Assembly: GCA_004431415.1 (NCBI GenBank)
Contig: QPMI01000349.1
Location: forward strand, 1-48,941
Direction: 5' to 3'
Length of the DNA stretch: 48,941 bases
Source of the DNA: Cyanophora paradoxa CCMP329
Lineage: Eukaryota > Plantae > Glaucophyta
Every line of letters begins with the position of its first letter. Position 1 is the first letter of the stretch. A program made the translations under genes and the position numbers. The notes under the pieces were generated by a model. It ran no database searches and was not told the origin of the DNA. It saw nothing but the letters and a program-made list of their open reading frames with translations. Positions 11,082 through 22,146 of this stretch are shown here, one piece after another.

Positions 11082-12410
11082 TTCGCAGCAGCTGCCGCCG
11101 CCGCCGCCGCCGCCGTGCCGCCGCTGCCGCGGGCCCTCTTCGCCGGCCGCGACCCCTCCTCCTCCGACTCGTCTGCCGCCGCCTTGCGCTTGGCCCCCGC
11201 CTTCGCTTGTGCCTCTCCCTTGCGCTTCCCGGCCGATGCTGCCTTCCCCGCCTTCGGCTTTGCCGTCGGCTTCGGCTTTGCCGCCGGCTTCGGCTTAGCC
11301 GCCGCCTTCGGCTTAGCCGCCGGCTTCGGCTTTGCCGCCGGCTTCGGCTTAGCCGCCGGCTTCGGCTTTGCCGCCGGCTTCGGCTTTGCCGCCGCCTTCG
11401 GCTTAGCCGCCGGCTTCTTCGGCTTAGCCGGCGCAGTCGCCTTGGGCGACTCGAGCTCCTCCTCTTCGCCGCTGGCGGCGCCCTCCTGCTGGCCGAAAGA
11501 AAGGAGGTCAGCCGCAGGCGAGATGCACAAAAAGGCGGCCCGGGGGTGGGGGGTGGGGTTGGGGGCGCGGCGCACCTCCTCCCCCTCCTCGCCCGCAGAA
11601 TCCGAAAGGAGCTCTTCGACCTGCTCGCCTCTCGTTAAAGCTCGAGTACGCGGAACGCATACACGGGGCAGACGGCCGGGAGGGAGGGAGGGGAGGGAGG
11701 GAGGGAGGGAGGGGGGACGGGAAGGGGAAGAGGGGGGGGGGGGGGGGGGCGGGGGGCGCACATCGGGCACGTCGGAGAGGGCGCGCTTTATGCAGTGGCG
11801 GCTGACGAGGAGCTTGAGGGGCCGGAAGCGGGCGAGGAGGTAGCCCCTGGGGGCGAGGTCGTGGAGGCCGGCGAGGGCGGGGCTCTTGGTGCCGAGCAGG
11901 GCGACCTCCAGCACGAAGTCCTCCGTCTCCTCCAGGTCCCCCTCGTCCACGCTCTTCAGCGTGAACCTCTTGCTCCTCGACTTCTTCGCCGTAGCCGCCC
12001 CCGGGAAGCACACCGAGCTCTCGTAGTGCACCTCATCCTCCCGGCCGTCCTCCTCGTCCGCATCCTCCCCGCCCTCGCCCTCCCCCTTGCTCTCGTCGAC
12101 GTCCTCAGCCGGAGTGACGAGCTGCAGCGTGACGCCGAACGGCTGAGGGCGCATGAAGCCGCTCATCGGGTCGTCCTCGAGAAAGAGCTCGCGCTCGCTC
12201 TTCGGCTCGAGCAGTCCGAACGGGAGCTCGCTGTCGGAGATCTCCTCCTCCGGCTGAAACTCAACGCGGCCGTCCGGCGCCGGCCCAACGTAGCGGTAGT
12301 ACACTGAGAACCCCTCTGCCTGGTCGAGGAGCGGTGTCTCCGCGTCCCCGCCTTCGCCGAGGTAGTGCCCCGACGAGATTCGGACCCGCAGGCACACCTC
12401 TCCGTCGCGG
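10809..12410 (-). CDS. Unknown protein with acidic globular region and histone-H1-like (AAKPKP)n tail; start codon uncertain (possibly ~12561)
   Basis: Long coding-like exon (LFRDGEVCLRVRIS...RALSDVPD), three introns, 18-nt tandem repeats at ~11250-11425, end KKQAAAKAKPAAKGGRKK-stop at 10809. Confidence 0.65.
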
Positions 12411-12864
12411 AAGAGCTGCGCCCAACGCGGCTCTGCATGGCGACTTATAGCTTAGCGCGCGCGGGCGTACGCGTGGATCCGGAGCCTCGGAGAAGGAACG
12501 TTAACCATGTGGCAGTGCAGGGATATGCACCAGCGTTCGATCCATTCGTTTTCTTCGCCATTGCTGCAACTAGCCGATCACTCCGTGCACGTGGCGCGCG
12601 CTAGCGCTCGGCGGGCTGTGGCGGTTAGTCCCAGCAGCGCTAGCTGTACCCCCGGATACAGCAAGTAGAGAGCTACTGGCCACCGCCCATGGCAAGTAGA
12701 GAGCGAAACTCGGAATTGAAAGAGCGGATCGGATCGGAGCTGAAGGCCAGGGCCGGATCCGGATCACCGTTATAAGTTCGGGGCGGGGGCGGGGGCGGGG
12801 GCGGGGCGGCGGGGAAGCGTGCGTGGCCGGGCGGAGGGCGGAGGGCGGTGGCGGGCTAGGCCGC

Positions 12865-14426
12865 CTAGGCGACGAGGACTTCTGCGGCGACTGCGAAGTG
12901 GTCGGAGGGGGGCACGGGCTGCTGGGCGGCGGGGGCCTCGGCGACGACGGCGGCGAGGACGCGGGTCTCGGCGGAGGCGAAGACGTAGTCGATCATCTCG
13001 CGCCAGCCGTCGGACTCGCCGGGGAAGCCGACGAAGGAGTAGCCCGGGCCCTCCACCTCCGTCCCCGACACGGCCCGCGCTTCGCTGAAGCCCCCCTCCA
13101 GCATCTGTCCCCGCCCCGCCCCCATCGGCCCGGCGCGGCGGGCGGGGGCGGGGGCGGGGCGCGCACGGCGCGGTGGGCGGGGGAGTTGGGGGCCGCGTTG
13201 AAGTCGCCGACCACGAAGCCCGGCACGCCGGCCGCCTGCGCCAGCCGGCACAGCAGCCGCGCCCCCTCCACCTGCGCCCCGTCGCCCCGCGCCCCCGGGC
13301 GGGCGGGGCGGGCGGGCGGGGCGGACCCGGGCGACGTCGCCGAGGTGGTCGAGGTGCGTGCTGGTGAAGCTGAAGAGGCGCCGCGTGGCGTGGTCGTACC
13401 TGCCGCGGGGTCAGCCCGGGGCGGGGGCGGGGGCGGGGCCGGGGCGCGCAGGAGGGCGATGGAGGCGATGCGGGGGAGGGCGGCGTCCCAGCCCTTGCCC
13501 GGCCCCGACGGGCTCTCGCTCAGCCACGCCTTCCGCGTCTGCAGGATCGAGAGCCTGCGCCCCGCTCGCCCCCGCCCAGCCGCGGCGGGCGGGGCGGGGC
13601 GGGGCGGGGCGGGGACCGGTCGGAGCGGACGAAGACGGGGCTGGCCTCGCCGCCGCGGGCGCCGTCGTCACGCCCGAAGGCGAAGACGGCGTACTCGGGG
13701 AGGGCGGCGGCGAGGTCGTCGAGCTGGGCGGGGAGGACCTCCTGGAAGCCGACGGCGTCCAGCCGCAGCGCCCGCACCACCGCCACCACGCACGGGCACC
13801 GCTCCCGCCACCCGTGCCGGTCCCCCTCGTTCGCGTACCGCACGTTGAACGTCCCCACCCGCAACGACTGCGGCTCCGGCGGCGGCCCCGCGTCCACCCC
13901 GCCCGCCTCGTACGCCGCCCGCGCCGAGAGCACCCGTCCCGCCCCCGCCCCCGCCACCGCCAGGCTCCGGTTCTCCCCTGCGCCCCCCGCCCCTCGCCCC
14001 CCGAGAGGGGCGGGGCGGGGCGGGGCGGGGCGGGCGGACCGCGCTCCCAGCGGAAGGGGATGGGGGAGGCCTCGGGCCCGATGCCGAACTTGAACTCCAG
14101 CGCCTCGACCCCCGTCCGGTGCCGCACGCTCACGCTCCCCACCCTGCCCGCCCCCCGTCACAGCCCCGCCAGCCAGCCCGGGCAGCAGGCCGGCGCGGCG
14201 CCGGCACCGCTAGAGGCGCACCAGAGGGGATACAGCCTGGCATTCGTGTGAAGGCGCACGGCGCGGTCGCTCGCCCACTCGCCCAGCTCCGGCGCCGAGC
14301 CGCAGACGTACACCGCCTCGCCCACCTTCGTCGCCCGGCACTCCACCTGCCCCGCAGCGACACCTTCGCTTCGGAAGGAGAGGGCGGATCCGGGCGTGCT
14401 CATCACACCTCGAACAGCACGCGCAT
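12865..14426 (-). CDS. CBM20 starch-binding domain fused to an endonuclease/exonuclease/phosphatase (EEP) domain
   Basis: N-terminus MRVLFE|VECRATKVGEAVYVCGSAPELGEWASDRAVRL..YPLW...LEFKF...RWE.GENR matches CBM20. EEP motifs GTFNVRY, GFQEV, GRDDG..GGE, THLDH, GDFN, IDYVF, SDH are all present. Confidence 0.85.
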
Positions 14427-14970
14427 GGGCTCGAGATTCGGCTCGCCGGGAAGAATGTCCAGGACCTGCGCGTCCTTTCGACCCGCCGCGCGTACAAGCT
14501 CACACTTGCACAGCCCTCGCACCTTGTGTATGAATGATTTGCGCAGGGGGTCGCTTCCAGGCTCGCCGCAGAGGACTCGGGTCGCTGCGGCGGAATTCAG
14601 AGCGCGGCCGGCCCGTAGCACGGGCCCGTCAACAGATTGGAAACTATAGCTTCGCCCGCCGCCACAGTCGGCACTCGATGCGCCGCGCGGCTAAGGCCCG
14701 CCGACGACGGCGTGAACACCAACGGTGTTCGCAGGCTCGCAGCTAGTTCACGTGAAATCGTAATCGCTTTCTGCGCTGCGCACCCCACTCCTTGAATGAC
14801 ATCGAGTTGCGCAAGCGGTTGTCTCGCGGCCGAAACGACCTACCCCCCAAAAGAGCTCGGGCTGCTCGGCCCTGCTGCTCGGGCCTGCTGCTCGGCCCTG
14901 CTCGGGCCGCTCGGGCTCGGTCCACTTGGCCGCCACCGACGCGCCGGCGTCCAGTGCGGCCGGCGGCAGC

Positions 14971-17105
14971 ATGTTCGTGTCGGCCGGGCTGCCCTCCGCC
15001 GGCCTTTCTGTGACCGTCGCGCCGATCGACGTGCAAGCATGCGCCCGCTGCCCGCGCTCAAGACCGCCGTTGGCGCTGCCGAGTCGACGTTTCGAGCTCG
15101 GCCCAACTAGTCGTCGCGCTCGACGTGTCGAGTTCGTTCCTGTACATGTGCACCCTGTTGCAGCGGCGTCGCCGGCAGCGCCCTCGCCGGACGAGAGCGC
15201 CGTTCCGCCGCCGTCGGTGACCCCGACGCCGCCGCCGGCGGGGCCCGTCGGGGAGGAGAGGAAAGAAAAAAAGAGCGTGTCGAGTGTGAGCGACAATTAC
15301 AACCTGGAGCGAGCGATCTCGGAGGCGTGCGACCGCCTCGCGGAGAAGCTCGGCCGGCCGGGCCGCGAGCTCCTCGAGGTCGACCTCTGCCTCGTGCGCC
15401 CCGCCCCCCGTCCCGCCGCCGCGCCGCCGCGCCGCCGGCCGCCCGGCGCTGACGGCGCGGCGCGCAGGTCTTCGTGAACGACGTCTTCAGCAGCGACTTC
15501 GAGCGGGTGCTGCCGCTGCTGGGCGAGCGCGTGAGGGCCGGCGTCGTGCTCGGGTGCAGCGGGGGCGGCGTCGTCGGGTGCGACGAGGACGGGGTGCCGC
15601 AGGAGCTGGAGGCGCGCCCCTCGGTGGCGCTGGCGGCCTTCCAGCTGGGCCCCGGGGCCTCGCTGCGGCCCTTCCACGTGCGGCACGACCAGCTGCCCTC
15701 CCCCGACGGGGCGCCCGAGGAGTGGTGGGAGGCGCTCGGCGTGGACCCCGGGCGGGAGCGCGTGGGCGGCGTGCTGCTCTTCAGCGACCCCGTCTCGGGG
15801 GCCCTCCCCGAGCTCCTCGCCGGCCTCGACTTCGCTCTCCCCGCCGCCCCCAAGGCCCGCCCCGCCCCGCCCCCGCCCTCCGCAGAGCCAGTGAGCTGGG
15901 GGCGCAGGTGGGCGGAGTGGCGAGCTGGGCGGACTCCTCGACAGCACTCTTCCTCAACCACAAAGTCCCCGCCCCCGCCCCGCCCGCCCCTCGCCCCGGC
16001 GCCGCTGAGCGGGGCGGGGGCAGGTGCGGCGGACGGGGACCGTGGGCGTCGCCCTCTGCGGCGACGTCGCCGTCCGCTCCGTCGTCGCCCAGGCGCCTTC
16101 CCCCCCCCCCCCCCCCCCCCTTTCCCCCCCAGGCGCCACGCCCGCCCCGCCCCCCGGCGGCGCTGAGGGGGCGCAGGGGTGCCGCCCGATCGGGCCGAGC
16201 GTGATGGTGACGCGGGCGGAGGGGAACGTGATCCACGCGGTGGGCGAGGAGCCGCGCGGCCTCTCCGCCGGCCTCCGCCTCGAGCTCGAGGGTAGCGTCC
16301 CGCCCCTCGGTCCGCCCCTCCCCGCCCCCCCCGCCCCGGGCCGAGGGGGCCGACGGGGGCGGCAGACTTCGTGAAGGACGTCGTCCAGCGCCTCCCCGTC
16401 GACGGCACGCCCCCGCCCCGCCCGCCCGCCCGCGCCGGGCCGGGGGGCCGGGGCGAGGGCGGGGCGGGGCAGAGCGGGTGCTGGTGCAGCGCTCGCTCTT
16501 CGTGGGGTCTGCGCGGACCCCTTCGTGGAGCGGCCCGAGGCGGCCGACTTCCTCGTGCGGGACCTCCTCGGCGTCGGGCCCACGGGGGCCATCGCCGTCG
16601 GCGCCGACGTCCGCCCCGGCCAGCGCCTCCAGGTCCGCCCCCCGCAGCGCCCGGCCGCCCGCCTGCGCCTGCGCCGCCGCCCGCCGAGCGCCGGCAGTTC
16701 TTCGTCCGCGACGCCGCGGCGGCGAGCGCGGAGCTCATCGAGCGGCTCGACGAGTTCACCGCGTCCCCCGCCTCCGGTGCTCCCCGCGCTGCCCGCCCGC
16801 CCCGGCGTCGCCCGACGCGCGGCAGAGGGCCTGGGGCAGCCGCTGGGGGCCCTCATGGTCGCCTGCATGGGCCGCGGCGAGGGCCTCTACGGTGCCCCCC
16901 GCCCCGCACCCGCTGCCGCTCCCCAGCCCCGCTCACCGAGTCACCCCCCGCAGGCTTCCGGGGGCACGACTCGCAGCTGCTGCGGCGGGCGCTGGGCCCC
17001 GTGCCCGTGTGCGGCTTCTTCGCGAACGGGGAGATCGGGCCGGTGCGGGGCGGGGCCACCACGCACCTCCACGGCTACACCACCGCCATCGCCCTCATCT
17101 ACTGA
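14971..17105 (+). CDS. FIST-domain (FIST_N + FIST_C) sensory protein with probable plastid transit peptide
   Basis: VLGCSGGGVVG, LLFSDP, VGGVAS, VVAQGCRPIG, VTRAEGNVI, DFLVRDLLG, QFFVRD, CMGRG, GFFANGEIGP, LHGYT. Leader begins MFVSA and is Ser/Arg/Pro-rich. Confidence 0.85.
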
Positions 17106-17439
17106 CCCCCGCCCCCGCACCCCGCCCGCGCGCTGCAACCCGCTCCCCGCACGCTGCGCCCCGCCCCTGCACCGAAAGCGGCGCACACGCATGCAACGGC
17201 GCTCAGCGCGTCTCTGCAGCTGCTCGGCGACTCTGCTTGCGCGAGATACGTGTAGGGATGGAGGGGGTGTTGACACGGAGGGAGCGCGCGCCCCAGACCG
17301 AGCTCGAGGGACGGACGCGTACGTATACGTATATACGGGGGCCGGGAGGCCTAGGGTGGGGACGGGTGGGGGATCCGGAGAGGAAATTAAAGGAAATGCG
17401 AAGAGGACGTTCAGAGGAGGAGGCGCAGGGGGCGCGCGC

Positions 17440-18582
17440 TTAATATCATGGCAGTGGCCACGTGCGCGCATGCACTGGCGCCGGCGCCGGCCGGCCGCGC
17501 GGCCGGGCCAGGCGACAAAGGTTAAATGGGGGTACACTCTCCATCGGCCTTGTGGACATGTATACCCGTCTTCTCTGTCAAGTCTCGAGCCCACAGTCAC
17601 GAGTCAGTCACCTGACGGTTGCCAACCGCATAGCTCGCCACTGGGCCAAAATGCAGGGCGTTGGCATCAACATTGATCGCCAGCGTTGGTCTCCAGCCGG
17701 GCGGCACGCCGGGTTTGCTGCTTCAGTCGGCGCCGGCTTTCGCGGGAAGCCCAGCTTGCTAACTACAGCGGACAGTGCGCGTAATATTCTCTTGGTAAGT
17801 TCTTTCCCCATGTTTAGATACTGCGCCCCCGCCTCAATATCCCTTCACTTCAGTGCTCAAGTTCGGCACCGGCCGCGGTTACCGCGACGCCGCCGCGTCG
17901 CCAGCTAGCGGCAACATCTCCAGGCGTCACTCATGACGCAGCACCAAAAGGGAGAATGCGCGCCCAGAAGTTTTTCGGCATCCGTGTGCAAGTCTCCGCT
18001 GCTTTGCGAGGTGAGCGATGGCGAGTGCTCGAGGGCAACGCTGTTTGTGGGTTCAGTTTCCTGTTTTGGGTGCGATCGATCCTATCCCCTTGACCGGCGC
18101 TCCAGCTCATGTAAGTTGACTTCATTCGTAGAAACCGAAAGAATCAGGAGACCAGGATCAGGACCAGCAGGAGCAACTCGTTTTCATGGACACCATCAAA
18201 GTGGACGACGTCATCACGAAGGCGTTCAACGACCAGCAAGCTTCGGCACTCAAAACTCTGTGTTCTGCCGTGCTTCAGAAGCTGGACCAGATGCGGCGGG
18301 CGCTGGCAAGGGTAGAGCGGAAGGTCGACGCAATTCTCTCCGTGCTGGTTAGTTGCCGTCTCTACTTGCCCGCTGTGCTTTTCTTTTGCTAACGTCAGAA
18401 ATGCAGATTTTCGGAGTTTTCTTGCTTCTTCTTCCACCGGATGCCAGATTCTTTCTTTGTAAAACCCTGATCGCTGTCGCTAAGAGCTGCTTAGCTAGCT
18501 ATATATGAAAGGTACATGTAAACTGCAGTTGTACTGCCCTTGAACCTTGGGAGGAGGAGTTCTAACAGGAGCGCCGGCCGCG
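17440..18582. other. Lower-GC insertion between the two FIST copies, with palindromic borders and a short coiled-coil ORF fragment (18186-18347)
   Basis: Abrupt composition change, no homology to the flanks, and fragment MDTIKVDDVITKAFNDQQASALKTLCSAVLQKLDQMRRALARVERKVDAIL. No recognisable termini. Confidence 0.4.
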
Positions 18583-19790
18583 GCTGAGCTCGAGGGGGCG
18601 CAGGGGTGCCGCCCGATCGGGCCGAGCGTGATGGTGACGCGGGCGGAGGGGAACGTGATCCACGCGGTGGGCGAGGAGCCGCGCGGCCTCTCCGCCGGCC
18701 TCCGCCTCGAGCTCGAGGGTAGCGTCCCGCCCCTCGGTCCGCCCCTCCCCGCCCCCCCCGCCCCGGGCCGAGGGGGCCGACGGGGGCGGCAGACTTCGTG
18801 AAGGACGTCGTCCAGCGCCTCCCCGTCGACGGCACGCCCCCCGCCCCGCCCGCCCCGCCCGCGCCGGGCCGGGGGGCCGGGGCGAGGGCGGGGCGGGGCA
18901 GAGCGGGTGCTGGTGCAGCGCTCGCTCTTCGTGGGGGTCTGCGCGGACCCCTTCGTGGAGCGGCCCGAGGCGGCCGACTTCCTCGTGCGGGACCTCCTCG
19001 GCGTCGGGCCCACGGGGCCATCGCCGTCGGCGCCGACGTCCGCCCGGCCAGCGCCTCCAGGTCCGCCCCCGCAGCGCCCGGCCGCCCGCCTGCGCCTGCG
19101 CCGCCGCCCGCCGAGCGCCGGCAGTTCTTCGTCCGCGACGCCGCGGCGGCGAGCGCGGAGCTCATCGAGCGGCTCGACGAGTTCACCGCGTCCCCCGCCT
19201 CCGGTGCTCCCCGCGCTGCCCGCCCGCCCCGGCGTCGCCCGACGCGCGGCAGAGGGCCTGGGGCAGCCGCTGGGGGCCCTCATGGTCGCCTGCATGGGCC
19301 GCGGCGAGGGCCTCTACGGTGCCCCCCGCCCCGCACCCGCTGCCGCTCCCCAGCCCCGCTCACCGAGTCACCCCCCGCAGGCTTCCGGGGGCACGACTCG
19401 CAGCTGCTGCGGCGGGCGCTGGGCCCCGTGCCCGTGTGCGGCTTCTTCGCGAACGGGGAGATCGGGCCGGTGCGGGGCGGGGCCACCACGCACCTCCACG
19501 GCTACACCACCGCCATCGCCCTCATCTACTGACCCCCGCCCCCGCACCCCGCCCCCTGCGCCCCGCCCCTGTGCACCGAAAGCGGCGCACAATTACAAGC
19601 ATGCAACGGCGCTCGGCGCGTCTCTGCTCGGCGACTCTGGTTGCGCGAGACACGTGCGGGGATGGAGGGGGTCTCGACACGGAGGAAGCGCCCGCCCGAG
19701 ACGGGGGGACGGGCGGGGGCAGGTGGGGGAGAGGAAAGGAAATGCGAAGAGGGCGTTTGAAGAGGGCGTTCGAAGAGGGGGCGCAGGGGG
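18583..19790 (+). pseudogene. Direct duplicate of the 3' half and 3' flank of the FIST gene
   Basis: Near-identical to ~16162-17435. Starts within an intron, lacks the 5' exons and has small deletions at ~19013-19070. Confidence 0.85.
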
Positions 19791-19878
19791 CCCAAGGCAG
19801 GGCCCGGGGCAGGGCAATGGGGCTGGCCAAAGGAGGACGGAACCTGGGGGCGCGCCAAGGGGGCGGGGTGGCGGGGGG

Positions 19879-20486
19879 CTAGAGGGCGCCGATGTGCTTC
19901 CTGCCGAGGGCCTTGACCTTGGCGTCGAAGGCGGGGGACGTGATGCGCCCGTTCACGCCGTAGAAGGGGTTCAGCAGCGTCTGCCGGCGCCTCAGGCACG
20001 GGTGGCGGCGGGGCGGGCGGGGCGGAGCGGGCCTTGAGGTAGAGCTCGTGGACGTCGGCGAAGAAGTTGCGGATCCCGTCGTCGTTCCTCACGTCGTGCA
20101 GCACCATCAGCTTCACATGTGCGCCGCAGTCAAGGAGCACCCGCCGCACGCGCCCGCGCGAGCAGGGGGCGCGCGGCCGGCGTCAAGGATATGGCCAGCG
20201 GTCACGTAGGCAGACACGAACAGGTCGTTGAACTTGTCGACCGTCTTGAAGTACCTGCCGTGCGCGAGCCGCCGCGTCAGGCGCAGCAGGCAGCCGGGAG
20301 CGCTCGCAGAGCGCACATCTGGTTCGAGGTCCAGACGAGCTCGTCGATGACGTCGAGCGCGGCGTGAATGATGAACTGATTGAGGTGCGCGTTGTCCTCC
20401 TTTTGCTTCGGGTTCGCCACGAACTCCGCCTCGTACAGCGGCGTGTCTCCCTTCCCGACGATTACGAAAGTGTAGTTCCCGGCCAT
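19879..20486 (-). CDS. TRAPPC2: Trafficking protein particle complex subunit 2 (Sedlin/Trs20)
   Basis: Four exons: MAGNYTFVIVGKGDTPLYEAEF..HLNQFIIHAALDVIDE..M|YFKTVDKFNDLFVSAYVTAGH|VKLMVLHD..IRNFFADVHELYLK|TLLNPFY..ITSPAFDAKVKALGRKH. Confidence 0.95.
20119..20192 (-). other. U12-type (minor spliceosome) AT-AC intron in TRAPPC2
   Basis: 5' ATATCCTT, branch point TCCTTGAC about 11 nt before the terminal AC. Removal restores TAGH|VKLM. Confidence 0.92.
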
Positions 20487-20831
20487 GCTCGGTTACGAGC
20501 ACCTACTCTGGCCGCCTGCGCTTCGATCCACTGAAAAGAGTGGCTACGAGCAACTACTCTGGCCGCCTGCGCTTCGATGCCTGTACCGCCGACAGGCGGC
20601 ACGCGGCTTGCGCGAGCGCCCCGCGTCGCTCTTCCGGCTGCCGTGTTGCGCCTGAAGCTCGGGCGGAGAAGGGTCCGAAGAAGCGCTGAGTTGCCGGTAT
20701 CCCCCTCCTCTTCCACGCTCCGAGTCTCTCCTTCGCTGCTCGGCATTGGAACACCGCTGCGGGAAGCTACTGGGACCTCGACGATAGGCTGGCCCTGCAG
20801 CGCATGAGCCGGCTTGTTTAGCTAGCAATAT

Positions 20832-21575
20832 ATGTACTCGCCGGCGCGAAGGGAAAGCGCCGCGCTCCTGTCGCCCGGCGCGGCTGCTTCTCCGCGCTGG
20901 GCCCAGTTCGCACAAGCCTCGCCGAGGGCGCCCAAGCCGCGTGTATCCCTTTCACCGCCGCCAGCTTCCAGCGCGCCGGCGGCGTCCTCCGGGGGGGCGC
21001 GGGGGCGGCGGTCGGACCTCGGTGAGCAGCTGGGTCGGCTCCACGAGGAGCTCGACGGCGTATGGGAGGCGATCGACGAAGTCCGAACAATCTCCTGCAT
21101 CGTCCAGAAGGCCGACCCGCAGGCGGCGGAGCTGCTGCTGCTCTCCTGCCGGATCTCGCGGGGCAAGGATGCCGTCGGGCGCATCCTGGCCGGCATCGAG
21201 GGGCGCGTCGGGGAGTTCGAGGCGGCCTACGGGGAGATGGAGCGCGAGAACGCCGAGGCGCTGGAGAGCCGTTTCCTGCTCGACAGCGCGCCCCGCGAGC
21301 TCCGCGCCAGGCTCCACTCCGCCCTCCGCACCGTCCGCCGCCCCCGCCCCCGCCCCCGCCCCCGCCCCGGGGTGGCGCGAGCGGGGGCGCAGGCGGCGGC
21401 GGTGCGGTCGCAGAAGAGCGTGGAGGGGTGGGGCCGGCTCGTGCGGGGGAAGCTGGCGCAGGTGCAGCGGCGGCAGCAGCGCGCCGTCTTCCGCCACCTG
21501 AGGGACCTCTACGCTCGCCCCCGCCCCGCGCCCCCGCCCAGCCCCCGCAACCCTGCCCCCGCCGCCCCCTCCTGA
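20832..21575 (+). CDS. Hypothetical coiled-coil protein (one probable intron at ~21333-21392)
   Basis: Open helical-looking frame (LGEQLGRLHEELDGVWEAIDEVRT...) interrupted by a typical GTCCG...GCAG intron. The 3' end is uncertain. Confidence 0.5.
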   Translation: MYSPARRESAALLSPGAAASPRWAQFAQASPRAPKPRVSLSPPPASSAPAASSGGARGRRSDLGEQLGRLHEELDGVWEAIDEVRTISCIVQKADPQAAELLLLSCRISRGKDAVGRILAGIEGRVGEFEAAYGEMERENAEALESRFLLDSAPRELRARLHSALRTVRRPRPRPRPRPGVARAGAQAAAVRSQKSVEGWGRLVRGKLAQVQRRQQRAVFRHLRDLYARPRPAPPPSPRNPAPAAPS

Positions 21576-22146
21576 GAAGCACCGCCCCCTCTCCCCCCTC
21601 GACCCCCTCCCCCAAGGCCGCCTCAGGCTCGAGCCGGCGGCTCTCGCGTGGCGCCGGGCCCGGCCGCCTCTTCGCGCCCAACGCGGCCTGGCCTCCGGCG
21701 CGTGTCTTCTAGGTCAGCGACGGCCGCCGCAGCGGAGTCTAGCAGGCCCAGCTGTGCGCGCCACATGCCCTGCCAGCTCCAGGCCTAGGCCGTGCACGTA
21801 TCTCGGTGCCCCAGCACGCGTACGCTTCCCGCATCATCTCTTCTGATTGCGCGCGCGAATCGCTTCTAATATCTAGCCCTGAACTCGAGCTCATCGCTCA
21901 CATTCTGCTGTGCCGCTGGGCCACTACTAGTGTAGCTACAGCTACTAGAATCTCAACTCAACTCATCACTCACATTCTGCCGTGCCGCTAACTGTATATA
22001 CAGGCCACTACTCAGGGACTGGTGTAGCTAGAGCTACCAGAAACTCTACACACAAAAGAGCTGCGAAGGGGAAAGGGTGACAAGCGAATGAAAACAATGC
22101 CAGCCGATGGATGCCGGGGTGCGGGTCGACCGGTGGATTTGTGGGG

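Noticed and set aside
20494-20579. Two ~35 bp direct repeats upstream of TRAPPC2 as a CRISPR-like or regulatory array
   Set aside because: Only two copies in a eukaryotic promoter; a simple local duplication.
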